Source of the DNA: Candidatus Woesearchaeota archaeon
Lineage (GTDB): Archaea; Nanobdellota; Nanobdellia; Woesearchaeales; DSVV01
Reading direction: 5' to 3'
DNA length: 55,161 bases
Assembly (NCBI GenBank): GCA_016219865.1
Contig: JACRKF010000014.1
Coordinates: forward strand, 1 to 55,161
Part shown: piece after piece, positions 9,420 through 19,200 of the stretch
Position numbering within the stretch: position 1 is the stretch's first letter
How the letters are laid out: the number at the start of each line of letters is the position of its first letter
Position numbers and translations under genes: made by a program
Notes under the pieces: generated by a model
What the model was told of the DNA's origin: nothing
The model's database searches: none
What the model saw: the letters and a program-made list of their open reading frames with translations, nothing else

Positions 9420-9974
9420 ATGGGTTATATGAAAACAGATGTCAATTTCAAATTGCTTGGATTAGTTATCCTTGTTGCAACAATTATTGTTGTAATTGTC
9501 ATAATCTATCAAGCAAGTTTAGGCAAGATTAATACGTCCTATTCAACAATTGAGGAAGATTTGAAATTAACAAATGATAATCTTACAAAAACTAATAATC
9601 TGTTGATAGAATGCCATAAAAAAGCTGAAAACTTGTCTATGGAAATAAATGAAACACAAGTGTTTTTAGAAAAAGCGCAAACAGAATACAATAAAATCTA
9701 TGAACAAACCGAGGGTGAATTATCACAGACTGAAAAAGAGCTTAAAGCAAATAAAAATAAACTTCAAGACCTGAAAGATCAGTTGTCGAAAATAACAAAT
9801 CAATTTAATAATGCAACATTGCAGTTATCAGTTAAAGAAAGTGAAAATATTAAACTTTTGAAAGAAATAGAGGATTTAGATAAAAAGAAAGAAGAATTAA
9901 AAAAATTAAAAGACAAACTTGAGCATTGTGAGAATGAAGATAATACGCTTGCGTGTTATAATGCAGTGAATTAA
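9420..9974 (+). CDS. Membrane-anchored coiled-coil protein
   Basis: 184 aa with AGGTG SD, one N-terminal TM, then heptad-like Lys/Glu/Leu/Asn-rich sequence. No family recognised. Confidence 0.6.
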   Translation: MGYMKTDVNFKLLGLVILVATIIVVIVIIYQASLGKINTSYSTIEEDLKLTNDNLTKTNNLLIECHKKAENLSMEINETQVFLEKAQTEYNKIYEQTEGELSQTEKELKANKNKLQDLKDQLSKITNQFNNATLQLSVKESENIKLLKEIEDLDKKKEELKKLKDKLEHCENEDNTLACYNAVN

Positions 9975-9982
9975 AATTTGAG

Positions 9983-10450
9983 GTGTTTGCAATCAAAAAA
10001 CTTGGTGAAGATATTTGGAGAATTGTTTTTCTGGTCATAGTAGTACTTCTTATACTTTTTATAGGCTATAGTTTCGATGATGGATTGCAAAAAACAGAAG
10101 ATTTTGCTGGCAAAGCATTTGAATTCTTTGCCAAGCATGAGAAAAAAGAAAATCAACAGCAAAAACAAATAGAATCATTTGAATCATTTTGCAAAGAATC
10201 AGATACAGTAACTACAGCAAATACTGGTTTTAATCCATTTGCAAGAGGAAATATTGAATATTCTGAAAAAAATTCTTTAGATTCAAGTAGCGCAATAAAT
10301 AATGTAATAACTAAAACAGATCATTGTAAAAATAAATTAAAGCTAATTGAATATTCTTGCGATAATTATAAACAAAAAGGTCAAGAGTTATTTTCAATAG
10401 TTGATTGTGAATTTGGTTGTGATGAACAATTTGGGAAATGTAAAAATTAA
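9983..10450 (+). CDS. Small membrane-anchored or secreted Cys-rich protein
   Basis: 155-aa ORF with N-terminal hydrophobic segment and seven cysteines, six in the C-terminal 45 aa (HCKNK..YSCDNY..DCEFGCDEQFGKCKN). The GTG at 9983 lies inside a GAGGTG SD, so initiation at ATC 9992 (6 nt after the SD) is an alternative. Confidence 0.5.
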   Translation: MFAIKKLGEDIWRIVFLVIVVLLILFIGYSFDDGLQKTEDFAGKAFEFFAKHEKKENQQQKQIESFESFCKESDTVTTANTGFNPFARGNIEYSEKNSLDSSSAINNVITKTDHCKNKLKLIEYSCDNYKQKGQELFSIVDCEFGCDEQFGKCKN

Positions 10451-10489
10451 TATTTTCGAATTTACTTCGTTCATTCAGAAAATATTAAT

Positions 10490-10520
10490 AAAAAACGACG
10501 AACGGAGTGAGGAGTTTTTT
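10490..10520 (+). promoter_or_regulatory. Conserved SD-containing leader hairpin motif, copy 1
   Basis: aaaaaacgacgaacggagtgaggagtttttt immediately 5' of ATG 10523. aaaaaac can pair with gtttttt. Related copies lie at 23089-23121, 24556-24580 and, degenerate, at 19905-19928. Confidence 0.45.
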
Positions 10521-10522
10521 AT

Positions 10523-11275
10523 ATGGAAGAAATAAAGAGCGCATTACATGAAGTATATGGAACACAAAACAAAGTAATACTATTAACAACATTTTTAGAA
10601 TCAATTGTTGTGTTTTTGATTAGTTATACTGTCTTGTTACTCATTAATTTCTTCAAAAATATCTCTGTAATTATAGCAATTGGCTATTTTTTATATAAAA
10701 GTTTTAAAAGAATCAATAATAAATCACTGCGAGATGTTGAACAAAGAAATCCGTTTCTTGCAGAAAAATTGAGAACAGCTGCAGATACTTTATTGTTTGA
10801 TAATTTTATGGTTCAGAAATTAAGGGAAAGCGTGCTCAGCGACCTTTCACAAGTAAGAATATCCACTTTTATTGATGTCAGAAAATTGTTTAAGATAACT
10901 GCAATTATGTGTTTATTAGCAATAGTAAACATTTTTTTAGGCGTAGCTCATGCGCAAATCATTGATCTTGAAGCAATTATTGGCGGAATGGATTTTGATT
11001 TCAATCTCAAAGATAAATTATTAAAAGGATATGTGTCACAATCACTATTGGATGTTAATGCTGATCTTAATGATATTAATAAGGATTCACAGATTGGAGA
11101 AATAGATGACTTAATGCAGCTTCGGAATAGCAATCTAATGAAAAAGAATGAAAAACTGCCTGATGATTTATTTAAAGCATCTGATAAAAGCTTTGAAGAA
11201 ACTACTTCAAAAAAGAAAAGAATTTATATCAGGAACTACTTTACAAGTATTAGAAAAGCAGAAGCGGGTAATTAA
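10523..11275 (+). CDS. Hypothetical membrane protein (Bat-like operon member)
   Basis: 250-aa ORF with 2-3 TM segments. No recognisable domain and no DUF58-like features seen. Confidence 0.55.
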   Translation: MEEIKSALHEVYGTQNKVILLTTFLESIVVFLISYTVLLLINFFKNISVIIAIGYFLYKSFKRINNKSLRDVEQRNPFLAEKLRTAADTLLFDNFMVQKLRESVLSDLSQVRISTFIDVRKLFKITAIMCLLAIVNIFLGVAHAQIIDLEAIIGGMDFDFNLKDKLLKGYVSQSLLDVNADLNDINKDSQIGEIDDLMQLRNSNLMKKNEKLPDDLFKASDKSFEETTSKKKRIYIRNYFTSIRKAEAGN

Positions 11276-11333
11276 TAATTAAAATATATTAAACGTATTA
11301 AAACATAATTAAAACTAATAAGAGGTATTTGCA

Positions 11334-13883
11334 ATGATTGAAATCGAAAAATTAAAAAGAACATTTGATGCTGTATTCACAGAAACAGATAAAGTAATTG
11401 TTGGACAACGAGATATTATAGAACAAGTTCTTGTTGCAATGTTAGCTGATAGCAATGCGCTTCTTGAAAGTTATCCAGGTTTGGGTAAAACATTGACGAT
11501 CAAAACTTTATCTCAAGTTATGGATATGAAATTCAGCAGAATCCAATGCACTCCTGATTTAATGCCATCAGATATCACTGGCACTGAAATTATTGAAGAA
11601 TCTGGCGGAAAACGTTTTTTTAAATTTCAAGAAGGTCCTGTATTTTCAAATATTCTGCTAGCAGATGAAATTAACAGAGCAACGCCAAAAACACAATCAG
11701 CATTGTTAGAGGCAATGCAGGAGAAACAAGTAACTGTAGGAAACAAGACTTATCAGCTTGACAGACCTTTTTTTGTATTAGCAACGCAGAATCCTATCGA
11801 GCAAGAGGGAAGTCTAGCTCTAGATCAGTATGTGTTTGTTAATGGGCAGTTAAAAACAGGTCATCAACTGCTTGCATTGGTTGGCGATAATTGTATAGCA
11901 GAAGATGAAAAAGGAATTAAACTGTATAATCTTGATGGTTATACACTTTCTCTAAACACGGCAGCAGTATTAGAAAAACAACATTGTTATCTTTATACAT
12001 TGCCATATACAGATGAAATGATTGCAATAACTACTAAAACAGGTAAGGAAATAAAAGTTACTAAGAATCATCCTTTTCTAGTTAATGACAACGGAACAAT
12101 ATGTTGGAAAAAAGCAGAAGAATTAACGAAATATGATCATTTAGTTAATCCTGCAAGAATAAAAGTTGATTCAAAACAGATTAAAATACCAACACATGAA
12201 GAGACTCTTGCGCAAATGGATCAAAAAGCAATTGTTCAAGAGATTACATTTGATGAAGATTTTGCTTTTTGGATTGCATTCTTATTATCAGATGGTTATA
12301 TCGGAGAAAAAACTGTGCAAGCAGTACAGAAAAATTATCCAGAAGCACTTGATAGGTTTGTTGCAATCTCGCAAAAGTATGGTTTTAATCCAAATGTAAG
12401 TCTAAATAGGGGCTGTAGATATGCAACAATCTATTCAAAGCCACTTGTTGAATATTTAAATATCAGGTTTGGTGTTACTGGCGGAAAGGATAAGGAAATT
12501 CCTTCATGGTTTTTATCATGGTCAGAAGCAATGAATCGAGAATTTGTCAAAACATTTATCTGTTTAGAATCCTCATTGCGAGATAATAGGATTGTATTTA
12601 CACAAAAAAGCAAAAATAATATGAATATCATAAGTTATATGCTTTTGCGGGAAGGAATCATCAGTTTTCCTCGATTTGATGGCAAAATATATCGCTTGAA
12701 AATCCAAGGAGAAGATTGTGTAAAGTTTCTAAATAGAATTGGCTGGATTAATGAAGAAAAGGCTGCAATTGTTGACTGCATGAGAAAAATCAAATCAAGT
12801 TTTAGGGTAGTGCCTGTCCAAAGAAATGCAATTCTTAAGCTTGTAAACCTCTTAGGTATAAATAGTTTTCATACCCTTAAAGAACGAACAAATATTACAG
12901 AAAGAAGCTGGTATGGCAGTTATCAAGGTATAAAACAAGGAGAAACTCTTATGGCTGTAGATTCATTGCGTGAATTTGTTCAAGATATTGAAAATGAACT
13001 CTTTCTACGAAAGCAGCAGTCACATGATGATATTTTAGAAACTGATCCACGACAATTCGCTGCAACAATAGGTACGTCAATGACAGAAGTAGCTGAACTC
13101 TTGCAAATATCACATAATCAAGTATGGGGATATTATACAGGTAAAAATTCTCAATCAATAGTTCAGATTAAAACAGTTTTGCAAGAGAAAAAAGTACTTT
13201 GTTTGGAAGAAGCTCAGAAGTTGTTGAACTATTGCAAAGCTCTTTTAAGTGAAGATGTTTATTATGATGCAATCAAAACAATAGAATATTCACCTTCTCA
13301 AGGAATGGCTTTTGGTTTGACTGTGCCAGAAACACAAAATTATATTGCAGGTTTTGGCGGCTGCGGCATTAATCATAATACTTATCCATTGCCAGAAGCT
13401 CAAACTGATAGATTCTTGTTAAAGATTAAAGTAGATTATCCAACTTTTGATGAAGAAGTTGAGATTGTCAAACGATATACTAAAATCTTAAAAGAAGAGC
13501 CTATCAAAAAAATTTTGGGGAAAAATTCTTTCTTAGCATTGCAAAAATTCACTAGAGAAGTGCCAATTGCAGATGATTTAGCAAAGGATGTTGTTAAAAT
13601 AATAGGGTTAACAAGATCTGAGAAAGAGTTTATTGAATATGGTTCATCGCCAAGAGCATCAATTGGTTTAATATTAGCAGCAAAAGCAACTGCATTAATG
13701 AATGGAAGAAGCCATGTCAGCGCAAAAGATATTGAAAAAATGGCATATCCTATCTTGCGTCATAGAATTATCTTAAATTTTGAAGCAGAAAGAAAAGGTT
13801 TGACTAATGATGATGTTATTCGAAAGATTCTGGAAAAAACAATAGGGACGACTGATAAGGAGAAAACAAAAAAAGATAAATAA
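11334..13883 (+). CDS. moxR: MoxR-type AAA+ ATPase (AAA_3 family) interrupted by an intein
   Basis: Exteins read ...ESYPGLGKT (Walker A) ... LLADEINRA (Walker B) ... [12 protein letters not shown] | intein | [21 protein letters not shown]..., which is the contiguous MoxR consensus when spliced. GAGGT SD upstream. Confidence 0.9.
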   Translation: MIEIEKLKRTFDAVFTETDKVIVGQRDIIEQVLVAMLADSNALLESYPGLGKTLTIKTLSQVMDMKFSRIQCTPDLMPSDITGTEIIEESGGKRFFKFQEGPVFSNILLADEINRATPKTQSALLEAMQEKQVTVGNKTYQLDRPFFVLATQNPIEQEGSLALDQYVFVNGQLKTGHQLLALVGDNCIAEDEKGIKLYNLDGYTLSLNTAAVLEKQHCYLYTLPYTDEMIAITTKTGKEIKVTKNHPFLVNDNGTICWKKAEELTKYDHLVNPARIKVDSKQIKIPTHEETLAQMDQKAIVQEITFDEDFAFWIAFLLSDGYIGEKTVQAVQKNYPEALDRFVAISQKYGFNPNVSLNRGCRYATIYSKPLVEYLNIRFGVTGGKDKEIPSWFLSWSEAMNREFVKTFICLESSLRDNRIVFTQKSKNNMNIISYMLLREGIISFPRFDGKIYRLKIQGEDCVKFLNRIGWINEEKAAIVDCMRKIKSSFRVVPVQRNAILKLVNLLGINSFHTLKERTNITERSWYGSYQGIKQGETLMAVDSLREFVQDIENELFLRKQQSHDDILETDPRQFAATIGTSMTEVAELLQISHNQVWGYYTGKNSQSIVQIKTVLQEKKVLCLEEAQKLLNYCKALLSEDVYYDAIKTIEYSPSQGMAFGLTVPETQNYIAGFGGCGINHNTYPLPEAQTDRFLLKIKVDYPTFDEEVEIVKRYTKILKEEPIKKILGKNSFLALQKFTREVPIADDLAKDVVKIIGLTRSEKEFIEYGSSPRASIGLILAAKATALMNGRSHVSAKDIEKMAYPILRHRIILNFEAERKGLTNDDVIRKILEKTIGTTDKEKTKKDK
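11811..13379 (+). mobile_element. Intein (523 aa) with LAGLIDADG homing-endonuclease domain inside moxR
   Basis: Starts with Ser right after NPIEQEG and ends in HN followed by Thr+1. Has a block B-like TKNHPF, two LAGLIDADG-like motifs about 100 aa apart ([13 protein letters not shown] and [12 protein letters not shown]), and a terminal [10 protein letters not shown]. Confidence 0.85.
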
Positions 13884-13926
13884 TTTTCTTATATTTTTGT
13901 GTTTTTATAATCAATTATTATTTTAC

Positions 13927-13939
13927 AAAGCTTTATATA
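13927..13939 (+). promoter_or_regulatory. BRE/TATA-like promoter element upstream of the first surface-protein cassette
   Basis: aaagcTTTATATAcc in the 157-nt intergenic region after moxR. Confidence 0.4.
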
Positions 13940-14040
13940 CCAGTAAACCTCTAATTTTTAATTAATTAAGTTATGATATATTATCTATATAAAAAAAGGG
14001 GAATGGAACAATCTTAGGCTCAAAAAAAGCGCAAGTTACA

Positions 14041-16227
14041 ATGTTTATTATAATAGGGTTAGCTATAGTAGGAGCTGTGCTGGGAGTTATTTATTTATCT
14101 GGCAAAATTAGTTCTGATGATTTAATAACTTCAAATAAAGATCCTGTTTCCGCATATGTAAAACAATGCATAGCTGAAGCAGCAAAAGAAGGAATAATTC
14201 TGTTAGGGCAGCAAGGCGGATATTTATATTTTGATAATTTTGATACACTTTCTGCTTCTCTTGATCCAGATAATGCAGAAGTTGTGCAATTGTATAATGG
14301 AGCTGTTACTGCGCCTTATTGGCTTTATCAAAAGAAAGGCGATGTTCTTGATAAGTCATATATGCCGCAGTTGGTAAAAACATCATTAGGCGATAATTCT
14401 GCGCAAGATCAATTAGAAAGATATATCACTGAAAAACTTCCTGAATGCACTAATCATTTCAAAGCATTGCAAAAAATAAATGTGATTGTTACTGAAAAAA
14501 AAGCGCCTATTGAAACAACTGTTGTTTTTGGCGACGAAGAAACAACAGTTACTGTAAAATATCAACTTGAAATATTGCAAAAGGAAAAGGTAACAACTTT
14601 AGATAAATTTACAACTGCAATTTCAGCAAGTCCAAAGAGGGCATATAATCTTGCAAAAGATATTACACAATATGAACAAAATAATTATTTTCTTGAAAAA
14701 GATACAATGAATCTTGTGCATCTTTATTCTGGTCTTGATGCAGAGAAACTGCCGCCAACGTATGATTTTAAAGTATCTCAATGCGGCGATTTAATCTATT
14801 GGAATTATCCTTCAGTATATGATAAATTTAAAAACACACTTGTCAATAATTTAGTATTTTTTGGCGTTGAAAATACAGACGATAAAAAAATAAAATTAAG
14901 CGCTGAAGCGCAGCCTGATAAAAAAAACAGGGCAATAGAAAATGGCGTATTTAATGGATTTATTCACAAAATCTCTGAAAATAAATACAAGGGAATGAAT
15001 GTTGATTATATTTATCAAGATGATTATCCACTTAGCCTTGATCTTGGTTCAGATGGCATTCTTGAACCAAAAACAATGGATATAAATCTATTATTTCTGA
15101 GTATTTGCATGGCAGAATTTCATTTTGCATATGATTTCTCATTTCCAGTGATGATTGCTGTTACAGATAAAGAATCAAAAATAGATCAAGTTCCTTATTT
15201 ATTTCAATTTCCTATAAAAGTAATTGTTAAAGATAATTTAGCAAGAGTCAGATTCAGTGATGTGATTGGAGGAGCTGTAAAACAACAGCAGCAAGGAATA
15301 AATGAATGCGGCATAGAACAAAGAACATCAGGTGATATTACAGTAACAGTTAATGACCAATATAATAAACCAGTAAATGATGCATTAGTGTATTTCCAAT
15401 GCGGTCCAACATTTTTGTATGATTATGATGAAAGCAAAACAATTATTGGCGCAACAAAAATAGCTGATAAATGTTTCATCGGAAAAACAACAAATGGAAA
15501 ATTAACTGCAAAATTCCCACCATGCATTGGCGGTTCAATTATTAATATTAGGGCAAAAGGATATAGTGAGATTGCAAAGAATATGGAAGATGTTATTGAA
15601 GGAAAATCATCTTCTCAAGAATATACAGTTGAGAAATTAAAACAAGTTGAATTGAAAATACAAAAGTATTTTGTAGATCCAACACAAGGAATTGCATTGG
15701 GCGATAATGGTGAAGTTTTAAAATGCGCTCCTTCAACAAGTGTTAGCCAACTTGGAAAAAAAGAACAAGTAATGGTGAAGTTTACGAAATTAGATGCAGA
15801 AACTGGAGCAATCAAGCCTCCGCCGTTTGCAATGTATATCCCTGGAAATAAAACAACTGTATATATATTGTCTGGGAAATATGAAGTTGAATTACTTTTA
15901 ACACGATTTGAAGCATATCCTGGGGAGATGACTATCAAGAAGAATTCAGAATCAAAACATATACCTGCTGCAAGTCTGTTTGAAAGCGGGAAAACAATAT
16001 ATTATCCTGAAAAAGATGTATTATTGAAATCAACATTAACTGGAGGAAATAAATTTATAATGGATATTAGCGAAGATGAATTAGCAGATGAAAATCCAAC
16101 ATTATTATTAACTATGTTTGATGAAGGGCAACCAAAAATAGTTGAACAGGTTGGTGTTGCATTGCAGCATAGAGAGGGATGTTATAAATTAAATAAGAAT
16201 ATAGCTAAGCCAAGATTTGTGAAATAA
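14041..16227 (+). CDS. Family A surface protein, copy 1 (pilin-like class-III signal type N-terminus, large extracellular part)
   Basis: 728 aa from ATG 14041. Paralog of 31066-33027, sharing FIIIGL, CI..QGGY, P(Y/M)W(L/Y)Y and LE(R/S)YI motifs plus a Cys-containing beta-rich C-terminal domain. The in-frame upstream codons encode ILGSKKAQVT, matching the paralog leader MKKRGMVT, so the true start may be ATC 14011. Confidence 0.75.
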   Translation: MFIIIGLAIVGAVLGVIYLSGKISSDDLITSNKDPVSAYVKQCIAEAAKEGIILLGQQGGYLYFDNFDTLSASLDPDNAEVVQLYNGAVTAPYWLYQKKGDVLDKSYMPQLVKTSLGDNSAQDQLERYITEKLPECTNHFKALQKINVIVTEKKAPIETTVVFGDEETTVTVKYQLEILQKEKVTTLDKFTTAISASPKRAYNLAKDITQYEQNNYFLEKDTMNLVHLYSGLDAEKLPPTYDFKVSQCGDLIYWNYPSVYDKFKNTLVNNLVFFGVENTDDKKIKLSAEAQPDKKNRAIENGVFNGFIHKISENKYKGMNVDYIYQDDYPLSLDLGSDGILEPKTMDINLLFLSICMAEFHFAYDFSFPVMIAVTDKESKIDQVPYLFQFPIKVIVKDNLARVRFSDVIGGAVKQQQQGINECGIEQRTSGDITVTVNDQYNKPVNDALVYFQCGPTFLYDYDESKTIIGATKIADKCFIGKTTNGKLTAKFPPCIGGSIINIRAKGYSEIAKNMEDVIEGKSSSQEYTVEKLKQVELKIQKYFVDPTQGIALGDNGEVLKCAPSTSVSQLGKKEQVMVKFTKLDAETGAIKPPPFAMYIPGNKTTVYILSGKYEVELLLTRFEAYPGEMTIKKNSESKHIPAASLFESGKTIYYPEKDVLLKSTLTGGNKFIMDISEDELADENPTLLLTMFDEGQPKIVEQVGVALQHREGCYKLNKNIAKPRFVK

Positions 16228-16229
16228 AC

Positions 16230-19200
16230 ATGAAAAAGAGAAACAATTTAATTAAAATAAGCAAGGATGCAAAGAAATTTGTTAATAAATCTTTGGCATT
16301 ATTTATGATTACTTTAGTTTTAACACTTCCTTTTTTCTCTGCAGGCGCTTTAGCTGCAACAGGGCAGATTGAGGAAGTTGCATATTCTGGTGATGCTGGC
16401 ATTGCTGGATATATAAATGGAAAAGATGATGTTTTGCATGTTGCAATTGTTGCAAGCAAAGATGTTGGAGAAACAACAAATAAAGATATTGTAATAGAAT
16501 TTAATAATAAACAAGTAAATGCAGACAAATGCGAGGCTGCAACTGCAACTTCAGCAGTTCTAGATGAGACAGCACTTGTTGGTGTTCCACATAAATATAT
16601 TTGCACTTATACTTCAGAACAGAAAACATATTCAGCTGGAAAGATGGATCTTAAAGTAAAATTAGTCGATAAACCAACAGTATCAATATTGGATACTGTG
16701 TTAAAAGAAGTTTTAGTTGATGGTTATGGTCCTGAGATTAATTTAGATATTCCTTCTGGAACAAAAGATAGTTTTACACTTAAATATGACATTAAAGATA
16801 AAATCTGCAAAGATTGCGCGCAACAATGTGTTGGATTATCTCAAGTGTTTTTGGTTGTCAATGGAAATATTGCAGATCAACAAGAGTTTGCTGATCAAAA
16901 TCTTTGCGATTATTCAGTTAATGAAGAAAAATCTATAGGGGATTTGAATCTAGAATTTGGCAAGAATGAGATTTGTGTTGCTGCTGTCGATAAACTTGGG
17001 AATATTGGCGGCAAGGATAAGAAAAAAGGAGAATGCAAAACTATTAATGTTGATAATACTGCGCCAATTTTTGATGAAAATTCATTTGTTATTCTAGACG
17101 ATAAAACTGGAATGGTTATGAATTTTAGAAAAGACACAGTGACAACAGCAACAATCATGATAAATGTTACTGATGATCAAACTAAGATTAAGCCGCAAAA
17201 TGTAGAAGCTGATTTCTCAGCGTTAAATGCAGCATATAAAAGCGAATATAAATCAATAAAACCAACTCAGTGCAAAGAATATGAACTTGAAATAAGCAGC
17301 GAGCAATCAATCTCTTTGTATGAATGCGCATGGAGTAAAATTAAAATTGCAGGCAATTTGGAAGCTGATAGCATTCCTGTAACAATTAAAGCAAAAGATG
17401 CAAGCGAAAATGCAGCTGTTTTCTCGAAAACTCTTAATTTGCCTATAGATGCAGCTGATCCAAAGGTTGTAAAAATAGTTGCATTGTCTGAAACAGGGCA
17501 ACAGATAAAATATCTTAATGGAGATAATAATACAATTGCTTTGCTAATTGATGAGCAAGGCGCTGGATTATCTAAGGCAAATGTGTATATTAAAATAAAT
17601 GGAAAAGAAAGCAAGGCAACAAGGTGCATTGCTGATAATGGCTGGATATGTTTATTTGAAAATGTTCAATCTTTATCAGGGCAAACTGGAGATTCTAAGT
17701 TAATTTCTGTTGTTACAGAAAAATCAAGCGATGATATTGGAAATTTCTTTGATGATAAAGGAGATAATAAAGAAATCTTCTTGCTTGATGCAGATGCTCC
17801 TGAATTTTCTTCAAAAAGCATTTCAATAAAACCAAGCGGTGTTGAAAGAGATACTCTTGTTAATGGTGATATTGTTGATATAAAAGCGCTTATTAAAGAA
17901 AGAGGCGCAGGGTTATCAGCAGAAAATGCGTATGCTGATATTACTGCATTTGATCCAAGTTTAGAGGGAGATGCAGCAAGATTAAAAGCAGAAGATTGTT
18001 CAGTTAAAACAGAAAATGATGAAAGTGCAGCTGTTGCTCCTACGTCTGCTCCTGCAGATGGTGAAGCAGATGCTGCAGAAGTTGAAGAGGATTTGTTTTC
18101 TAATGATGAACAATTATATGAATGCACTTTCCAATATTCAGGCAGTATTGCAGCGCAAGATATTTCATTAGAAATTGTTGCGCGAGATCTAGCGAACAAT
18201 CAAAAGAGAAGCAGTGATGATGATGAATATGGTAAAATTAAAGCAGTTGAAATTGCGCAGAAAAAAGCAGATTTCTTTGTTGATAGTCTTGAAATAAAAG
18301 CAGATGAAATTAATAGAAATCATCTTTGGATGAGTGATGCAGGCGCAATTGTCAGAGCAGAGGTAACATTGCAAGCGAAAGGAGGAAAAGAGCCTTATGT
18401 GCATGGTTTTAGATTTGGCACTTGCGCAGGAGCAATTGATACAGAAAAATCATTAAATGGCTCAACACCAATTACATTCAATGAATATGGCACTCCTGAA
18501 GTTAAGAGCAAAGGAAGAAGAACAAAATTAATTCTTTTAACACTGCCAACTATGGATAAAAAATTGCTTAAGGATGCAAAAACATTTACAGTTACTTGCG
18601 ATGGAGCAATTACGCAGTCAAGTTCAAAAAACAGCAATATATTCTCTCCTGATGAAGCATTTCAAGCAGTAATTACAATCCCGATAGGTTCATCTGTTTA
18701 TAATCCAGGAGATGCGGCATTGAATAAGATTATTGAAGGAAAAGGATTTGTTGATGCAATGGACGCAATTCTGAGTGTATTAGAGCCAATTGTTGATATT
18801 TTAAGCAAGATTTGCGAGCCAATTAATGATATTAGAACAATTATCAATAATATTTGCGCAGTCATAAATGGTCTTGCAATAGTATTTACAGGCACCCCAT
18901 GGGGTGAAGCTACAGGAGCTGCGTCAACTTTACGTGGAAATGATAATACTTGCACAGACATTGGAAAGTTCATGGATAAATTATGGCAAGGTTCTAGTCC
19001 TGATCCTGAAGCATGGAATGAAAAAAGTTTTGCAAGCATTGGATATTGGTGTGACTTAGTATTATGCACAAGCTGTTCAGAACAATGGGGCAGTAATATT
19101 CTTGGCGGTTGGGGCGGAGATATTCCAGGCAGTCCTGCAAGTGTATTTGGTGATAAAATTAAATCAGATCCTTCTGCAGCAAGAGCTGCTGCTGATCTTA

